A DNA stretch of 64,000 nucleotides from an uncultured Actinomycetes bacterium (lineage in GTDB: Bacteria; Actinomycetota; Thermoleophilia; UBA2241): assembly GCA_963725665.1 (NCBI GenBank), contig CAVRZA010000008.1, forward strand, positions 1-64,000, given 5' to 3'. Positions 61,558 through 64,000 of this stretch are shown here, in pieces. A program made the translations under genes and the position numbers. The notes below the pieces were generated by a model. That model ran no database searches. It saw nothing but the letters and a program-made list of their open reading frames with translations, and was not told the DNA's origin. Every line of letters begins with the position of its first letter. The first letter of the stretch is position 1.

Positions 61558-62077
61558 GGCGCCATTCCTTCCTTCCGGCCCTGGCTCCCTCCGCTCCAGA
61601 GACGAGTGGCTCCAAATGTGGCAGAAACGCTTAGACGTCCGACGGGTCGATTTCTTCGCCCCAAGAAGCACAAAGACCGGCCTGCGGGCCGGTCTCACCA
61701 GTGGCTCCCCGCCAGATGATAGTGGCCGCGACGTGCCGCCGGCGGATCAGAGCTCCCGTACGAAGCGCTGCCTCTCTTGAGGAGTCTCGTATGCCTTGGC
61801 CCTAACTCTGAGGTCCACGGCACAAACCGGCGTCGTGTTACGGGTGTGCAGGAGCGCGAAACAGGGTGTCCGATGGGCCTATGGACGTGGAAATCGATAG
61901 CAGTGGGGGCGCGACTCTCCAACCGCTCGTCAGCGCCAGCGTGACCGCTGCCTCACGGGTGGCGAGCCTCAGTGCAAGGCCAACGGCCCGGACCCGGCCA
62001 CCGGGTGTCCGGGCCGCTGCCCCGCGGATTCGGCGCAGGCCCCCGCGAGCCGGTGCGCACCGGCCGTGTGGACCGCC

Positions 62078-62329
62078 TCACTCCAGGATGAACCACCATT
62101 CGACGGCAAACACGCTGGCATGCTCGGCGGTCGCTGGCCACCTCGCAGAGAGGGCGTACTCACCGCGCGTCCTGGGCGTGATCGTCCATCTGAAAGTGCC
62201 CAGCGTGCTGGCGTCCCTGATGATGCGCTCCACTCGCTGGACCACCCGCTGGTGGCCGTCCGATCCCCTCTTGAGGGTGAGCTTGACCTTCTCGCCCACA
62301 GACCAGGTAGGTGCTGCGCGCGGGCCCAC
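62078..62329 (-). pseudogene. Probable gene fragment (beta-rich C-terminal domain)
   Basis: GEKVKLTL...GTFRWTITP..RGEYALSARWP looks protein-like, but there is no convincing start. Confidence 0.35.
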
Positions 62330-62364
62330 TGCCCACTGAGCATCTACCCGAGCGATAAGGCCAC

Positions 62365-63402
62365 TTACGCGGCTGCCGCCGGGGGTGTCTGCCTCGTCCG
62401 CTCGTCCCTAGCCACGTCGCGCTTCTCGCGCCGCCAGTCCCAGAAGGCCATGAAGGCGGCGCCGAAGCCGACGATCCAGAGCACGCCAACGGCGATGGCG
62501 CCGGCGATCGGGATCAGGCCCACCAGGCGCACGATGAGCACTCCGACGACCCCGGCTAGGAGCAAGCTCTCGTTCTTGGAGCCCAGCCAGGGCAGGACGC
62601 GGTCGCCCACCAGCACGGCCGCGCCGACCGCTCCGAACAAGAACGCTGCGAACACGACCAGTGCCCACGGGAGCAGCGCGAGGATGCCGACGATACTGAT
62701 GATGAGGAGCACCGTCACGACGGGCACCACTACGACGGCGCCCAGCAGTCCCCATCCGAACGTGGGCCAGAAGCGCTCCCGGATGCGGTTCTTGATCGCG
62801 AGGGTCTGCCGCTGCGCCAGGGCGATGATGAGCATGGCGACCAGCGCGTAGAGGATGGTCGAACCGACCCAGCCGACGAGCGAGGTGGTACGGAAGGGTC
62901 TTACGATGGGATCGACGATTCCGGTGCGCCAGATGTCGCCGGCCCAGCTGCCGCTGACCGTCGTGGTCTTGCCGTTCACGACCGCCCCGGACGCGCGTGT
63001 GACCGAGCTGCCGACCAGGACGAGTGTGCTGTCGCCGGCCTTGGCGTTGGCGCCCACAACGGCCGTCGGCAGCAGGTTGACCTTGCCGCCCACGTTGACG
63101 AGCGCGTCTCTGACGGTGCCGGCCACGGTGACGTCTCCTCCCACGACGATGACCGCCGCAGCGGAATCTGTTTGGGGGATCGTGACGTCGCCGCCGACCT
63201 TGAAAACAGTCCCTCGATCGGCCGCCAAGGCTTGGCCGACGAGACCGGGGACCAGCAACAGGACGAGCGTGATGAGCAGCGCGGACACAAGGGCGAAGGC
63301 GGCCCTTGCAGCGACCGGCCGCTCGGCCGTGACGGCCACGGACCGTACCATTCGCTCACGAGTTCGCGCAGGTGTCTGATATGCGGGAGCCACTGTGTGC
63401 AC
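62365..63402 (-). CDS. Membrane protein with N-terminal beta-helix (bactofilin/polymer-forming-like) repeats and C-terminal TM bundle
   Basis: VGGDVT repeats after a signal/TM segment; multiple C-terminal TMs; start uncertain. Confidence 0.7.
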   Translation of the reverse strand: MHTVAPAYQTPARTRERMVRSVAVTAERPVAARAAFALVSALLITLVLLLVPGLVGQALAADRGTVFKVGGDVTIPQTDSAAAVIVVGGDVTVAGTVRDALVNVGGKVNLLPTAVVGANAKAGDSTLVLVGSSVTRASGAVVNGKTTTVSGSWAGDIWRTGIVDPIVRPFRTTSLVGWVGSTILYALVAMLIIALAQRQTLAIKNRIRERFWPTFGWGLLGAVVVVPVVTVLLIISIVGILALLPWALVVFAAFLFGAVGAAVLVGDRVLPWLGSKNESLLLAGVVGVLIVRLVGLIPIAGAIAVGVLWIVGFGAAFMAFWDWRREKRDVARDERTRQTPPAAAA

Positions 63403-63634
63403 CTTGGCACCTCGGGTCTCGTGGATTGCCGGACAAGCGGCTCATCCCCCGCGAGAAGTGCGCACAAGCCGTTTCGCTGGCCACGCGGCGGCCGCACATC
63501 TCGCTGCGTCCGCCGCGGATGGCCAGCGGACCGTTGCATCGGCCACGCTGAGCGGTCGCGGCCACGGATGACGGCCGCGAAGCGGCGGTGGTATCCTATT
63601 CTGCCGCCGCGCGGGTGACCGACGGCGACACGGT

Positions 63635-63711
63635 GGTGAAGGTAGCTCAGGTGGTAGAGCTCCAGGTTGTGGCCCTGGCGGTCGCGGGTTCGAGTCCCGT
63701 CCTTCACCCCA
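63635..63711 (+). tRNA. tRNA-His(GUG) with encoded G-1
   Basis: CCAGG-TTGTGGC-CCTGG anticodon arm; G-1:C73; CCA. Confidence 0.95.
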
Positions 63712-63793
63712 TCTCCCCTGGTGCGACCGGGGTTGCGCTGCGACGCGTGGGGAATACCCGGTTGAGTGCGGTCCGGTCGCGGGGTAAACGCTC

Positions 63794-63879
63794 GCGGGTG
63801 TGGCGGAACTGGTAGACGCGCTAGACTTAGGATCTGGTGGGCACTGCCCGTGGAGGTTCAAGTCCTCTCACCCGCACCA
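63794..63879 (+). tRNA. tRNA-Leu(UAG)
   Basis: CTAGA-CTTAGGA-TCTGG anticodon arm, long variable arm, CCA. Confidence 0.95.
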
Positions 63880-63988
63880 AGCAGCACCAGCGGCCCGGCA
63901 CCCCCTCCTTCCGCCGCGGGCGGCGCACTCCCGCAGCCGAACCCGGGGCCGCGCAGCTCGCCACAACAGACGCAAAGGACGAAGAAGA

Positions 63989-64000
63989 GTGAAGACAGAA
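63989..64000 (+). CDS. Start of a gene at the window edge (possibly trigger factor)
   Basis: GTG AAG ACA GAA after a purine-rich SD. tig often follows tRNA-Leu, but only four codons are visible. Confidence 0.25.

Noticed and set aside
58852-63634. Intact prophage or ICE
   Set aside because: The integrase is truncated; no att duplication and no replication, structural or conjugation genes

Overview
The window joins two genomes. Bases 1 to ~2999 are AT-rich and Bacteroidota-like (frameshifted tilS fragment, peroxiredoxin, BamA/TamA-type outer-membrane protein). They join inside a poly-T run to ~61 kb of very GC-rich DNA whose gene content suggests a deep-branching actinobacterium (Thermoleophilia-like; an inference). 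The GC-rich part is dominated by amino-acid catabolism. (i) A divergent GcvPA/GcvPB pair sits with two SDRs, an unannotated 32-aa membrane peptide and a COG3199/AcoX-like NAD-kinase-fold gene, with no gcvT/H/L visible. (ii) A complete B12-dependent oxidative ornithine pathway is present (ord, ortAB, oraSE, reactivase). (iii) A second locus encodes ornithine racemase running in frame into a COG2403 (arginine synthetase ArcE/cDPGS-like) protein, followed by ornithine carbamoyltransferase. Both ornithine/arginine loci carry the same upstream palindrome, TGYAT-N7-ATKCA. (iv) A hut cluster is present. Also found: pgi, zwf, RNase P RNA, an AddAB-type helicase-nuclease, lhr-nei, an MBOAT pair, a protein O-mannosyltransferase, a lexA operon with SOS boxes, corA, five tRNAs and decayed integrase remnants next to tRNA-Arg(UCU). 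Many single-base indels look like read or assembly errors. All calls come from motif recognition by eye; no searches were run.
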